A DNA stretch of 64,000 nucleotides, taken from positions 1 through 64,000 of IMG/VR virus record IMGVR_UViG_3300037418_003060. The stretch is one strand, 5' to 3'. The stretch is from a virus. Of the stretch, positions 1 to 9,183 are shown in pieces (position 1 is the first letter of the stretch; each line of letters begins with the position of its first letter). The notes beneath the pieces were generated by a model. That model did not search any database. It was not told where the DNA came from and was given only the letters and a program-made list of their open reading frames with translations. The translations under genes and the position numbers were made by a program.

Positions 1-189
1 GGTGGCGGTGCGCGCCTGGCCCGTTGTGAATCACGGATTCAAGAACGAGCACCACCCGCGCGAGTGATGCGGGCCAGGCTCCAAGCGCGCTGCCTTCGAC
101 GCGTGTATCGGAGGGGTCTTACCCGGCGGCCGCGCCGCAGTGCGCCGCGCTGCCGCCGGAGTCAGACTGTCTATTGCTAGGAGGAAACT

Positions 190-432
190 ATGTACAACTA
201 CTTGACGACGACCGCCGCACCGGGGCTGGATCTGGACCTGCTCAACGCGCTGCGGCTGGTGCAGCATGGCGTGGCGCTGGTGGCACCGGACGCGGCCATG
301 CCGGCGCCGCTGTATGACGCGCTGGCGTTCGCCCAGACCAATGACGTGCAGCAGTTCATCCTGTCGCCGGAATGGACGGTGGCGGTGCAGGAGCATGTGG
401 TGGACCTGATCGGCGTGACGCACTGGTTCTAG
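190..432 (+). CDS. hypothetical protein
   Basis: ATG preceded by AGGAGG Shine-Dalgarno; high-GC3 codon usage. Confidence 0.7.
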   Translation: MYNYLTTTAAPGLDLDLLNALRLVQHGVALVAPDAAMPAPLYDALAFAQTNDVQQFILSPEWTVAVQEHVVDLIGVTHWF

Positions 433-513
433 GGATGGGTTTATACATTCGTGGATGTATGTAAACGTATTGGTGCGCAGGGGACCGCCGAAAATTCTCT
501 AATTCCAAAAATA

Positions 514-542
514 TTGACAATAATTGCAACGGAGACAATAAT
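514..542 (+). promoter_or_regulatory. putative sigma70 promoter
   Basis: TTGACA(514-519)-17 bp-AATAAT(537-542) with A-rich upstream; the -10 overlaps the ATG at 541. Confidence 0.45.
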
Positions 543-744
543 GCTCGAAGCAATCCTCGCCGCCTGCGTGGTGGCAGCGCTCTACCTGCTCGCCTTCACG
601 CCCAGCAACATGCCCGAATGGGCGCCCGGTGTGGCATTGGGCCTGCTGTTCGTGACCCTGCTGGTGCTGGTCCACATGGCAAGCAGGCCGGAACACGACG
701 ACCAGCTCGAACCGGATGAGCACCGCGACAACGCGGTCGGCTGA
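541..744 (+). CDS. small membrane protein (2 predicted TM segments)
   Basis: MLEAILAACVVAALYLLAF and GVALGLLFVTLLVLV hydrophobic stretches; GGAG upstream. Confidence 0.6.
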   Translation: MLEAILAACVVAALYLLAFTPSNMPEWAPGVALGLLFVTLLVLVHMASRPEHDDQLEPDEHRDNAVG

Positions 745-779
745 AGTCCATTTGACATAATGTGCCCAAGGAGCCTTTC

Positions 780-1013
780 ATGCCCCAACAACCCCTTACC
801 GGCCAGGTGCTCGACTTCGGCCGCTACATCATCCGCATCGAGCCGGGCCGCGCCCGCGGCTTCTACGAGTCAGACCTGAACGTGGATCAGGACAAGTCCG
901 ACCTGATCTTCGACAACCTGCGCCTGATCGCACCGCTCGTGCTGCCACCACAGGTACGCCTGGCGCTCGCGCGGGCTGGTTATGACGTCACAAGCGCAAG
1001 GGCTGCAGCGTAG
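780..1013 (+). CDS. hypothetical protein
   Basis: AAGGAG upstream of ATG at 780. Confidence 0.6.
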   Translation: MPQQPLTGQVLDFGRYIIRIEPGRARGFYESDLNVDQDKSDLIFDNLRLIAPLVLPPQVRLALARAGYDVTSARAAA

Positions 1014-1677
1014 CCGTCAAGGTCTTCTCTGCGGTATCGTCGTACACGCGACGCGCGTGTGGGTCTTCCAGCAGGGCAGCCGCGCGCACCTGCCAATCGT
1101 CCGAAGGATGCACAGCTGGAGGGATAGCCACCCATTGACCCTTGAACCAGTACCACGACAGCCCCTGCACCGGCGCCGGCTTCTGACGCCGTGTGTGCGT
1201 GCTCACCCGCATAAGCTCCACCGGCTTCTCGTCGACCGGCCGCGCAATCACGGTCGACGCCTGGAGGGTCAGCACGTACGGCAAATCCTCTTGGTACAGG
1301 GAGCGCGCCCGCGCGATCCAGTCACGCCGGGCCTCCCACTCTTCACGGAACCCGCTGCCGCCCAAATTGTGGCTCCAGCGGCCGCCTGAGCAGCGCAGGA
1401 ACAGCTTGTAGCGCCGCACCCGCGCTGACCCCAGGTTCTCGATCGACACGTTCAGCGGGTCAAGGTCGATCGTGACCACCGGGAACATTGGCGCGCAGCT
1501 GTAGTGGCACGCCCAGGCCAGATCGGTACCGTACACCTTCCGACCTTGGAACACGACCACCAAACGCCCGTGTTCGACCGTCTGCAAGGGTTTGAGTGTG
1601 AGATCCGCACGTTTTCGGTACAAGCGCCCTTCCCGCACGGCGAAATTCTTCAACACCTCCAGCACGTCTAAACGCAT
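988..1677 (-). CDS. degenerate HNH endonuclease-like protein
   Basis: GRLYRK...GRKVYGTDLAWACHY...VVTIDLDPLNVSIENL follows the phage HNH_3 pattern (AHRLAW..HY..VDHIDGD..NN...NL) with the His residues replaced; GGAGG SD before ATG 1677. Confidence 0.6.
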   Translation of the reverse strand: MRLDVLEVLKNFAVREGRLYRKRADLTLKPLQTVEHGRLVVVFQGRKVYGTDLAWACHYSCAPMFPVVTIDLDPLNVSIENLGSARVRRYKLFLRCSGGRWSHNLGGSGFREEWEARRDWIARARSLYQEDLPYVLTLQASTVIARPVDEKPVELMRVSTHTRRQKPAPVQGLSWYWFKGQWVAIPPAVHPSDDWQVRAAALLEDPHARRVYDDTAEKTLTATLQPLRL

Positions 1678-1679
1678 AT

Positions 1680-2170
1680 CTGCCTCCCTGTTTTGATGTG
1701 GCGCAAGCATACCACACTTTTGCAGATACCATGACAAGATAGTGCTACGGAGTACCACAGAGCAAGTGAGGCAAGCAGAGGGCAGAAAATTGTGTCGTAA
1801 CCCTGATCCAGAAGTATAGGTTGTGAGTGATTTTCGAATTCTTTAAGCCAAGTTTTTAAATTCAACTAAAAAACTAGGTACCAGGTTTTGAACTTTCATA
1901 TTTTTTCTGTTTTCTAGTACACGTTTTTTTTGAAGGTTCAGTTTCAATACGTTTTTGGCCTAGTTTTACTACGGTTTGCAAGATTCTGGCGTCGGTGGCC
2001 TAATAACCTTGCCAGTCGTGTGGCTTTCTTGCTTGCAACCTATGTTCCTGTTAAGCAATGTTGCCATTTTGTCTTCTCAAAAAAGCTATATTTTCTATAC
2101 ACAGTTACATGGTTAAATCGTAGTTCTAACTGCCTCATTTTCTAAAAATCGCATTTTCAATACGGAGTTA
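1680..2170. promoter_or_regulatory. AT-rich divergent intergenic control region (promoters / possible origin)
   Basis: Only long non-coding AT-rich stretch in a GC-rich window; lies between divergent genes; many T-tracts; extended -10 TGTGGTATGCT on the - strand at about 1706-1716. Confidence 0.6.
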
Positions 2171-2172
2171 CC

Positions 2173-2460
2173 GTGATTACCTCCCTTTTCCGCCGTTTCT
2201 ACCACTTCATCTTCGGCCCCACGCCCACCCTCACCCAGCTCTTGCAGGAGGACTTGCACCACGCCGAGCGCAACCGCCTGACCTCTGTCACCAAGGAGGA
2301 AGAACTGACCTACAAGCTCGCCTGCCAGCGCCTGGCCACCCAGCACTACGACCAGTCCATCGCCCGTATCAAGTACGACCTGGCCGCCGACGCCGCAGCC
2401 CTGGACGACCCCCAGACCACCACGCTCGCCCGCCTGCGCGCTGCCGGGGTGCGCACATGA
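2173..2460 (+). CDS. hypothetical protein (first gene of early arm)
   Basis: GTG with GGAG SD; coupled ATGA to next gene. Confidence 0.65.
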   Translation: MITSLFRRFYHFIFGPTPTLTQLLQEDLHHAERNRLTSVTKEEELTYKLACQRLATQHYDQSIARIKYDLAADAAALDDPQTTTLARLRAAGVRT

Positions 2461-2702
2461 GCCAGACCCAGATGCGCATCCTGCGCGCCATCAAGCGCCA
2501 GGTCGAAGAGGGCACCACCACCGACCCGCTCGACGCCCTCAAGGCCATCAGCGACCACCGGCGCACCGTGCAGCAGGCTGTCACCCACCTGCTTGCCACG
2601 CTGCCCCAATCCCAGCCCAAGATCCGGCCCTACCCCGCACACAATCAGGTCGTGCAGGCCAGCTGGCTCGACAGGCACATCCGGGAGCTTGAGCAATGCT
2701 GA
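2457..2702 (+). CDS. hypothetical protein
   Basis: ATGA overlap, codon bias. Confidence 0.65.
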   Translation: MSQTQMRILRAIKRQVEEGTTTDPLDALKAISDHRRTVQQAVTHLLATLPQSQPKIRPYPAHNQVVQASWLDRHIRELEQC

Positions 2703-3022
2703 CCGAACGACTGGCCGTCCTGCACCTTGCCCGCGACAACCTGTGTGGCACTGACCTCGACTTCATCTGCAGCGCCGCCTGGCGCGTCATGGAGGTCCGG
2801 CCTGACCTGACCGATGCCGTCCACAGCCTGATCCAGCACATCAGCGCCGAGCTGCTGGCCGACGGCCACGACAACATCCTCGGCTGGACCTCTGCCCAAC
2901 TTGCCGCGTACGGCATGCGCACCAGTCCTTCCCGCCTGTGGGAGATCACGCACGCTGTCAGCGTGTCGTGGATCGACCGCATGATCGACAACCTCTCCAA
3001 GGAGCTGCAACATGATCAATGA
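2696..3022 (+). CDS. hypothetical protein
   Basis: Overlapping start, GGGAG SD. Confidence 0.65.
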   Translation: MLTERLAVLHLARDNLCGTDLDFICSAAWRVMEVRPDLTDAVHSLIQHISAELLADGHDNILGWTSAQLAAYGMRTSPSRLWEITHAVSVSWIDRMIDNLSKELQHDQ

Positions 3023-3731
3023 ATACGCTTTCGCGCGCCTGTCCTACTACGAACAGAAGCGCGTCCTGCACCAGATCAAGATCTCGCCCACCGCCCACCA
3101 GCATGGCGACTACACCAGGCTGCAGGTCGCCATCCTGCACGCGATCCACGACGCCAGCGCCGCCCAAAAGGGGCACGCCACCCGCCCCGACTTGTTCATC
3201 ACCGACATGGAAAACCTCTTCGGCACCGAAGAACTGTGCGGCGTGCTGCTGCAGCTGGATGAGGATCCCTACAGCATCATCACGCTAGCCGAGTACTACC
3301 GCATCCCTGCCGACAAGCCTGCCACCATCACCCGCCTCGCCAACGGCGGCGACGGCTGCTGCTGCACCCACTACGCCTACCTCGTGTACCAGCGCTTGCC
3401 GGGCCGCGTGCAGATCTACGGCTTCAAGAACGAGGAAAATCCGGACTGCGCAGTGGTCAAGGATGGCTGGCATCCGGGTGGCCACGACTTCGCCGTCGTC
3501 GACGACCTCTGGATCGTCGACCCGTGGGCGCGCCACGTGCACTACCAGGCCGACATGCCGTTCGTGCACGAGATCGGCACGCCCAACACTGTGCGCATCT
3601 ACGGCGACCAGTCGTTCTGGACCCTCAACACCGAGGCCATTCCGTTCTACGACGAGCACTTGAAACCCATCGAACCGACCAGCCAGCAAGCCACGATCCG
3701 CCGCGTGACGATCATCTGCCCGAGGACTTGA
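3012..3731 (+). CDS. putative transglutaminase/papain-like Cys-His-Asp protein
   Basis: CCCTHYA ... GGHDFAV ... IVDPWA motif order. Confidence 0.45.
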   Translation: MINEYAFARLSYYEQKRVLHQIKISPTAHQHGDYTRLQVAILHAIHDASAAQKGHATRPDLFITDMENLFGTEELCGVLLQLDEDPYSIITLAEYYRIPADKPATITRLANGGDGCCCTHYAYLVYQRLPGRVQIYGFKNEENPDCAVVKDGWHPGGHDFAVVDDLWIVDPWARHVHYQADMPFVHEIGTPNTVRIYGDQSFWTLNTEAIPFYDEHLKPIEPTSQQATIRRVTIICPRT

Positions 3732-3840
3732 CCATGCCCCGCCTGATCAACTTCCTCCTGCTTGCCACCCTCGTCTACTGCATCGCCATGGCCACCTTCC
3801 CGGACGAGACCACTCACTTCCTGCACCAATTGGTGACGCC

Positions 3841-4074
3841 GTGAAGGCAGGCAGCTGGAACACCTGGCTTGCCACCTTCGAGGTCGGAGAGCGTCGCTAC
3901 GTCGAGACCACGCTCGACGACTACGCGCAGCAGATGCGCACCATGAACACGCCGCGCTCGCGCCGGCCGCCCGAACTTGCCGGGTGCGAGTTCACCACCT
4001 CCTTGTTCACCGCGGTGTCGGCCAGCAGCGCTGGCGACATCCGCTACCTCATCGCCGTTGAAAGGACATCATAA
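3841..4074 (+). CDS. hypothetical protein, paralog of 16201-16503
   Basis: LATFEVGE...LAGCEF...YLIAVER matches LAKLEVGQ...LQGRQF...YLIARIER. Confidence 0.6.
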   Translation: MKAGSWNTWLATFEVGERRYVETTLDDYAQQMRTMNTPRSRRPPELAGCEFTTSLFTAVSASSAGDIRYLIAVERTS

Positions 4075-5027
4075 TGCCCAACACCATCCACACCTACGAA
4101 CACGTCCACACCATGTTCGGTGTCGAAGGCCACATGTTCAACCGCATCCTCAACGAGGAGTCCGGCCTGTTCCTGAACCAGAAGTTCATGGCCACCCGCC
4201 CGTTCAAGGCGCAGGGCTGCAAGGCGGGCAGCACGATCACGGTCGTGGTGAGTTTCGATGACGAGTGCAAGAACGGTCATCAGACCTTCGACATCACCGG
4301 CCACGTGCAGGAGCCAGGTGCGCGTGACTGGTTCATGGGCGGCCGCATCCACGGCGAGATCGCGAAGTACTTCCCCACACTTGCCCACCTGATCAAGTGG
4401 CACCTCGTATCGACCGATGGGCCGATGCACTACATCGCCAACACGGTCTACCACGCTGGCAACCGAGACCACAACGGCCACGTGGCCGGGGAGCCTAATC
4501 GCTGGGACCACGTGATCAAGTTCGGTGACTTCCCGATCACCTTCAAGATCAAAAAGGGTTTTCAAGAGTGGTTGACGGCTACGTTCGAGCACCTGCAGAC
4601 CACGCTGAAGACCAACCCGAACCGCCAACCTTGGCCACCTGTCCCAGTCCCGGTTGAACACGAGAAGAAGCCGGGGGAGACCTATGAGTTCGACCCGAAG
4701 TACACGTTCCAAGGCTTCGAGCGGAAGTGGTATGAATGCCCGTTCGATTCCAAGATCGAAGCGGAGCAGTTCAGCGAAGCCCTCGCCCGCTACCCTTTCA
4801 AGTTCGAGATGCTCCCGGCCGGGTACAGCAAGGGCAAGGAGCGCAACTTCGCTGCAGCCAGGAACGCCGCCGTGTGGCCCGAGGCGACGGACGAGCAACT
4901 GAGTCTGCCCAAGGATCAGTTGACCGAGCTGCTCAAGGCTCGTCTTCCGATGCTGCAGAAGGACTTCCGCGCCGACATGGAAGCCGCCGGCTTCCTGTGG
5001 GAGCAACCACCCAGCAAACTGGCATAA
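4074..5027 (+). CDS. hypothetical protein (317 aa)
   Basis: Long ORF, TAATG coupling, AAGGA SD. Confidence 0.8.
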   Translation: MPNTIHTYEHVHTMFGVEGHMFNRILNEESGLFLNQKFMATRPFKAQGCKAGSTITVVVSFDDECKNGHQTFDITGHVQEPGARDWFMGGRIHGEIAKYFPTLAHLIKWHLVSTDGPMHYIANTVYHAGNRDHNGHVAGEPNRWDHVIKFGDFPITFKIKKGFQEWLTATFEHLQTTLKTNPNRQPWPPVPVPVEHEKKPGETYEFDPKYTFQGFERKWYECPFDSKIEAEQFSEALARYPFKFEMLPAGYSKGKERNFAAARNAAVWPEATDEQLSLPKDQLTELLKARLPMLQKDFRADMEAAGFLWEQPPSKLA

Positions 5028-5038
5028 GGAGCCACACC

Positions 5039-5485
5039 ATGAACTACCTCGAAAACCTCACCATCCTGCGCGACCACCTGGCCCAAGTCCCCGAGATCAA
5101 CCTGAAGCACTACAGGGCGCTCACCGACTGCGGCACCCTCTACTGCGCCGCCGGCTGGATGCCGCACATCACCCACTTCCAGCGGCTGGGCATTGTCGAC
5201 AGTGTAGGCGGCGCGCCCAGGCTGGAGGCAAGCCACGATCTCAATGCGCGCGCCGAGATCGACCCTTACGACCAGATGGACAGCATCGACCTGGCTTGCA
5301 ACTACCTGTTCGGCTTGTTCGAGGGCGGGCACGCGCACGACTACCTGTTCAATTCCTTCGGCCACGGCCTCTGGGACCGCGAGCTGCTCACCGACGGCAT
5401 GACCGACAAGGAGCTGGCGCTGGCCCGCCTCGACAAAGCGATCGAGATCCGCAAGGCCGAAAGAACCGCCCAGACACTGCCCTGA
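5039..5485 (+). CDS. hypothetical protein
   Basis: AAGGAG SD before ATG 5039. Confidence 0.7.
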   Translation: MNYLENLTILRDHLAQVPEINLKHYRALTDCGTLYCAAGWMPHITHFQRLGIVDSVGGAPRLEASHDLNARAEIDPYDQMDSIDLACNYLFGLFEGGHAHDYLFNSFGHGLWDRELLTDGMTDKELALARLDKAIEIRKAERTAQTLP

Positions 5486-5497
5486 AAGGAGACCCAC

Positions 5498-5932
5498 ATG
5501 GGCACCATCCACGACCGCCTCAAAGCCCGTGCGCAGCGCCTGCACACCGTCACCATCGACCGCCGCGTCCCGCCGACCGCGAAGCCCGACACGGCGCGGC
5601 GCATGAGTGTGTTCCTGCAAAGCCTCGACGCCACGCGCTCCAGCCGCCTGGACACAGCCGCGCGCCACCACACCATGCAACGCCTTGCCGACGAGGCCGA
5701 GAAGCTGGACCTAAAGGGCCGCTGGAGCCTGTTGTGCAACCGCACGCAGTGCCTGCGGCCGCCGGCCCTCTGGTACAACCGCGGCAGTTACGCCTTCTAC
5801 TGCGAGGACTGTGCGCGCGACCTGAACCGTGTGAACCGCCACGACGCCGAGGAACTGCTTGGCGCCGGCCAGAAGCTGTGCATCGAAATCACTACCGGGG
5901 CGCAAGCAGAAACGCTGCACGTCTCGCCATGA
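5498..5932 (+). CDS. hypothetical Cys-rich (Zn-binding) protein
   Basis: CNRTQC...YCEDC; AAGGAG SD. Confidence 0.7.
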   Translation: MGTIHDRLKARAQRLHTVTIDRRVPPTAKPDTARRMSVFLQSLDATRSSRLDTAARHHTMQRLADEAEKLDLKGRWSLLCNRTQCLRPPALWYNRGSYAFYCEDCARDLNRVNRHDAEELLGAGQKLCIEITTGAQAETLHVSP

Positions 5933-6153
5933 CCATGACCCAAACCGAGGCGCGCGAGCAAGGGCTGCACGGCTGGACATATGCCGTCTGTGACAACGGC
6001 CTGCACCTCACCCCGATCGGCGACCTGCAAGACCACATGGACGAGGATTGCCCCTGCAAGCCAGTGCGCGACCCTGCACTGGGTGGCGCCTGGTCCCACA
6101 ACAGCTTCGACGGCCGCGAGGCCTTCGAGAACGGAGAAAGGAAACCCACATGA
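5929..6153 (+). CDS. small His/Cys metal-binding phage protein
   Basis: HLTPIGDLQDH...CPCKP...HNSFD; ATGA coupling. Confidence 0.6.
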   Translation: MTMTQTEAREQGLHGWTYAVCDNGLHLTPIGDLQDHMDEDCPCKPVRDPALGGAWSHNSFDGREAFENGERKPT

Positions 6154-6617
6154 TCCCCGAATACGCCTTCCACTACCTGCACCTGATGCAGCAGGCTGCC
6201 GCCAATAACGACCTTGGCGTGACCGCCAGCACCATCGCCGCCACCCGCGAGACGGTCGCCATCATCATCGCCAAGGATCTCGAGGGCGGTTGCATCAGCC
6301 TTGTCCCGCTGGGGCTGCTGGTCGGCCAGAACAACAGCCACACCAATCTGCTCCACAACGGGCGTCTCACGCAGGAGGCAATCGACGCCTTCGAGCAGTT
6401 CAAGGCCGACCTGATCGAGCCTGAGCGTACCGCCTGGCTTGACACCAACGTCGTCGGCCGCGTCACCGTCACCCACGGCGGCCGCAGGGCACGCCACGCT
6501 CCCGAAGGGCTGTCCTACCAGTGCATCCTGCCGTGGGACGACCCGTACAAGCTGTTCACTTCACCGATGACTGATGAATCGGTTCCCGCCAACGAAACCG
6601 CATCACACTTGCACTGA
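6150..6617 (+). CDS. hypothetical protein
   Basis: ATGA coupling, AAGGA SD. Confidence 0.7.
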   Translation: MIPEYAFHYLHLMQQAAANNDLGVTASTIAATRETVAIIIAKDLEGGCISLVPLGLLVGQNNSHTNLLHNGRLTQEAIDAFEQFKADLIEPERTAWLDTNVVGRVTVTHGGRRARHAPEGLSYQCILPWDDPYKLFTSPMTDESVPANETASHLH

Positions 6618-6629
6618 AAGGCCCGACCC

Positions 6630-6869
6630 ATGCCCCAGCCCACCATCGTCCTCGACCTCTCCGGCGGCGTGCTGCAGGCCGCCTACAGCACCACGCCCAT
6701 CGACATCATCGTCATCAGCCACGACCGCGACGACATCATCGGCGCCGATCCGGAGCACATCGGCCTGACGGACAGCGGCGCCGACGTCTACATCTCCGCC
6801 AGTGCGGCCGACATCGAGCCCGCCGTGGTCGATCACTACCTCCAACAGCTGAAAGGACCCACAGCATGA
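6630..6869 (+). CDS. hypothetical protein
   Basis: AAGG SD, codon bias. Confidence 0.65.
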   Translation: MPQPTIVLDLSGGVLQAAYSTTPIDIIVISHDRDDIIGADPEHIGLTDSGADVYISASAADIEPAVVDHYLQQLKGPTA

Positions 6870-7708
6870 CCTCCATCCTCACCCAGCAGCCGCCGCTTGG
6901 CTACCACCCGCAAGACGCCATGTTGTCGAGCATCGCCATCGCCTCTGGCATCGGCATCAACACCAACCACGTCCTGCTCAACCGCTTCAACGAAGCCAAC
7001 GGCCAGGGCGCCGTCGACTTCTGGCTGGACCTGACCGACTTCGGCATCCTGTCGGCGGGCCTGTGCCAGGCCCTCTGCGACACCGGCTACGAGTTTGCCA
7101 CCGTCTGGGCCTACGAGATCGACGAGGAGTTCGGCCGCCGGTACCTGGCGCGCATCCGCGCGCTGGAAGCTGCTGGCGTGCTGGACGCCGTCAACGCCGA
7201 CCTCGACCCGCACGGCCTGTCCACCAGCGCGCTCAACGCCCTGCTGGGCCAGATCACCTACGAGGTCCTCAGCAAGGACAAGGCGTTGAACGCGCAGCCC
7301 GGCAAAGTCGTGAGGATCGCCCGCATCATCTACGAGATGACCGGCTACGCTTCGGATGTCAAGGACGAGCCGGCGCCAACCGCAACCAGCCCGGACACTG
7401 TGCTGTGGGATGCGGTGACCTGCCTGGAACGCATCGAAACTGCCACGCCGGAATCCCGTCTGGCCGCGGCGCTCAAACTGCGCGAGCTGGCCGCGGCGCT
7501 CAAACTGCGCGAGCTGGCCGCGGCGCTCAAACTGCGCGAGCTGATTCCGAACACCGGGGTGAAGCCGGAAGGCGCTGCGCCGGAGACGCAGCTGGTCTAC
7601 CAGATCGGCGAGGCGGCGGGCACGACCATCCACTGGATCGACGTCACCCCGGCACGCTACGAGCGCTGCACCGACTTCCTGCGCCGCATCATCGAGGTGA
7701 AGTCGTGA
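6866..7708 (+). CDS. hypothetical protein with internal LAAALKLRE x3 repeat
   Basis: ORF with ATGA coupling; contains a 27-bp tandem repeat. Confidence 0.75.
   Translation: MTSILTQQPPLGYHPQDAMLSSIAIASGIGINTNHVLLNRFNEANGQGAVDFWLDLTDFGILSAGLCQALCDTGYEFATVWAYEIDEEFGRRYLARIRALEAAGVLDAVNADLDPHGLSTSALNALLGQITYEVLSKDKALNAQPGKVVRIARIIYEMTGYASDVKDEPAPTATSPDTVLWDAVTCLERIETATPESRLAAALKLRELAAALKLRELAAALKLRELIPNTGVKPEGAAPETQLVYQIGEAAGTTIHWIDVTPARYERCTDFLRRIIEVKS
7460..7543 (+). repeat. perfect 27-bp in-frame tandem repeat, 3 copies
   Basis: CTGGCCGCGGCGCTCAAACTGCGCGAG at 7460, 7487 and 7514, plus CTG. Confidence 0.95.
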
Positions 7709-7974
7709 ACCGCGAACAAGCCCGCGCCTACGTCGCCTACTGCGTCGACGACTCCTGCAACCAGTGCAAGGTCAGCGAGATCCCGGACCCCGACACCCGC
7801 GTGCGCTACGTCGTGTTCAGCGCCGGCTTCGAGCTGGTGACTGTGGCGGTGTGGAGCTACCTGCCCAACTGCCGTGTCGACGACGAGGAGGCGATTGAAC
7901 TTGCACAGGGCCTGCTGCACGAACTGGGCTGGTTCGCCAACCCGCTCGACGACGAACCCCTCCACGTACTCTGA
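7705..7974 (+). CDS. hypothetical protein
   Basis: GTGA coupling, GAGG SD. Confidence 0.6.
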   Translation: MNREQARAYVAYCVDDSCNQCKVSEIPDPDTRVRYVVFSAGFELVTVAVWSYLPNCRVDDEEAIELAQGLLHELGWFANPLDDEPLHVL

Positions 7975-7985
7975 AAGGGCCTGAC

Positions 7986-8405
7986 ATGAAAACCTTCACC
8001 ATCACCGCCACAGTCACCACGCCCAACCACATGCTGGAAGAGGACGACGTGATCGGGCTGCTGCACCACATCGTCAAGTCCGGCCAGGACGACGCCGAGG
8101 ACACCGCGCAGGACCAAGACATGGAGCGTGCGGCGCGCACCACCGCACGCTACGCCGCCAACCTGGAAATCGGTTTCGCCGGACAGGAACCTCCGCCCGA
8201 GGTGCGCGTGGCCCTTGACCACGTGCGCCAGTACCACCCCGAAGTGACGCAGGTGTTTTTCGGCGTGGACCAACGCTGGGTGTATTGCAGCGACGCCTTC
8301 GAAGCGCCGGAATTCAACGACAGCATCGATGTGAGCCTGCTCGAAGCGGCGGCCGACTCGGTGCCGATGCTGCCTGCGGCCTACTCGATCGTGCTGGAGG
8401 CCTGA
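7986..8405 (+). CDS. hypothetical protein
   Basis: ORF track, SD. Confidence 0.7.
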   Translation: MKTFTITATVTTPNHMLEEDDVIGLLHHIVKSGQDDAEDTAQDQDMERAARTTARYAANLEIGFAGQEPPPEVRVALDHVRQYHPEVTQVFFGVDQRWVYCSDAFEAPEFNDSIDVSLLEAAADSVPMLPAAYSIVLEA

Positions 8406-8406
8406 C

Positions 8407-8586
8407 ATGTTCTACGTCTACGATTACGTCCACAGCCACCATCCGCACCGCAGCGATGCCGAGGTGCGCGAAGACCAGGCAAAGATCAACCGCCTCACCG
8501 GCCAGCTTGCGCTGGCGCGGCGCAACAAGGACAAGCACCGCATCCGCGAGATCGAGCGCGAGATCGCGGACCTCAAACGCTCCTAG
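8407..8586 (+). CDS. small hypothetical protein (59 aa, not in ORF track)
   Basis: GGAGG-CC-TGA-C-ATG junction; open to TAG at 8584-8586. Confidence 0.55.
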   Translation: MFYVYDYVHSHHPHRSDAEVREDQAKINRLTGQLALARRNKDKHRIREIEREIADLKRS

Positions 8587-8596
8587 GAGACCAGCA

Positions 8597-8791
8597 ATGA
8601 CCCAGCTCACCAACGAGGAATACGCCAAGGATTCGGGCCAGTGCCCGTTCTGCCAGTCGCGCGACATCGTCGGCATCAGCAGCCTCGACGCCCAAGCCGA
8701 CGAGGCCTGGCAGAAGATCAGCTGCAACACCTGCGGCAAGGCCTGGCACGACGAATACAAGCTCGTCGGCTACACGGAGATCGAGCCATGA
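8597..8791 (+). CDS. zinc-ribbon protein
   Basis: CPFC...CNTC; AGGAG SD. Confidence 0.7.
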   Translation: MTQLTNEEYAKDSGQCPFCQSRDIVGISSLDAQADEAWQKISCNTCGKAWHDEYKLVGYTEIEP

Positions 8792-9183
8792 ACATCTTCC
8801 CCTTCCACCTGCCGCACCGCGATGGCCGTCGCCTGTTCACCGTCTACGTGAGTGGCCACAAGGCCTGGCTGGACAAGAAGTACGGCCGGAGCGTGCTTCT
8901 CGTCCAGCCAGGCAGGTCCGGTTACTGCAAGCTGTTCGGATGGGAAGACGTGCTCGTCGAGGTTAAGTCCCCCACCACCATCGTGTTCCACGTCGACACG
9001 GGCGAACCTGACACCCTCGACATTGAGGTCTGCTACCGAGGTGACCTTGCGCTGTTCATCCAGGAGCGCAAGCAGGAGTTGGCCGAGAAGGCCTATGACG
9101 CCGAGATCGAGCAGCTGCGCGCCGAGCGGCGCCGCCACGGCATCAACCTGAAGTACCGCGAACTTTTCGGAGAAGAGCCATGA
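8788..9183 (+). CDS. hypothetical protein
   Basis: ATGA coupling. Confidence 0.65.
   Translation: MNIFPFHLPHRDGRRLFTVYVSGHKAWLDKKYGRSVLLVQPGRSGYCKLFGWEDVLVEVKSPTTIVFHVDTGEPDTLDIEVCYRGDLALFIQERKQELAEKAYDAEIEQLRAERRRHGINLKYRELFGEEP

Noticed and set aside
752-780. TTGACA at 752 as a promoter
   Set aside because: No acceptable -10 at 16-18 bp spacing
1930-2145. Short ORFs in the AT-rich block (1930-2145 +, 1668-1865 -)
   Set aside because: Non-ATG starts, atypical composition and no SD; more likely non-coding
7460-7543. CRISPR-like array
   Set aside because: Contiguous tandem copies without spacers, in frame within a CDS
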